In this document: positions 63,632 to 64,000 of the stretch, piece by piece
Layout of the letters: every line of letters starts with the position of its first letter
Position numbering within the stretch: the stretch's first letter is position 1
Assembly: GCF_001194135.2 (NCBI RefSeq)
Contig: NC_068983.1
Location: 155,624,647-155,688,646 of the forward strand
Direction of reading: 5' to 3'
DNA from: Octopus bimaculoides
Lineage: Eukaryota
Length of the DNA: 64,000 bases
Made by a program: the position numbers and the translations under genes
Notes under the pieces: generated by a model
Database searches by the model: none
The model's input: the letters and a program-made list of their open reading frames with translations, nothing else
Told to the model about the DNA's origin: nothing

Positions 63632-64000
63632 GGTCAGGGATCTCGTCACTGGCTATTGTTTTCTGCTACTAGTACCATGCAAACTAGTGCTACCTGTTTC
63701 AGGGTCGAGTAGCCGGCGACTAAACTGGTTCACCCACTTGAGTACTTGCGGCTCTTGTGAAGTAGGTAACTGGACAGCCAGCAGAACTAGACACAAAACC
63801 TGTCAATGACCGGATGGGCTCCCTGTGGGCCAACGGCCATCCAGTTGGGGAAACCAATGGCAAATCACCCTAACATCTCTGCCAAGCAGTCACTGTATGA
63901 AGGTCACGAGGTAATGCTAAGGCATCACTCGATAGAACTCACACTTAATCGGGAAGACGTTTGCTGTAGTGTCATCAACGCGCTGCAAAAGTTGCTGCTG
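63632..64000 (+). mobile_element. Probable 5' UTR of an RTE-clade LINE, running off the window end
   Basis: GC-richer block after (CTG)n(CTA)n; GGAAACCAATGGCAAATCACC..TGCCAAG resembles the motif conserved in RTE/BovB-type repeats. Confidence 0.45.

Overview
AT-rich, microsatellite-dense eukaryotic DNA from a gapped draft assembly. There are 13 N-gaps, nearly all bounded by simple repeats. The mix of SINEs, LINEs and DNA transposons suggests an octopus (cephalopod) genome; this is inference from repeat style, not a search result. I found no convincing host protein-coding gene, rRNA, true tRNA or CRISPR, so the window is probably intergenic or intronic. Almost every long ORF in the supplied track is an artefact of microsatellites or N-runs. 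Recognisable content: (1) several tRNA-derived SINE families in many copies; (2) three mariner relics, two copies of a Tc1-type element with DD36E spacing (Incomer-like; one full length with TIRs and TA flanks), and a decayed hAT Buster/Charlie-type transposase; (3) RTE, Tx1/L1-like and many R4/Dong-clade non-LTR fragments, the last embedded in (TAA)n tracts; (4) most interesting, minimal type I hammerhead ribozyme motifs of four unrelated sequence families, typical of Penelope-like element (PLE) termini. Two of these families occur as inverted, outward-facing pairs enclosing cargo: 7760-8946 around a 5' LINE ORF1 fragment, and 41484-42247 with a 9-bp target-site duplication. One isolated motif (20232-20276) keeps an intact catalytic core. 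All alignments and folds were done by eye.
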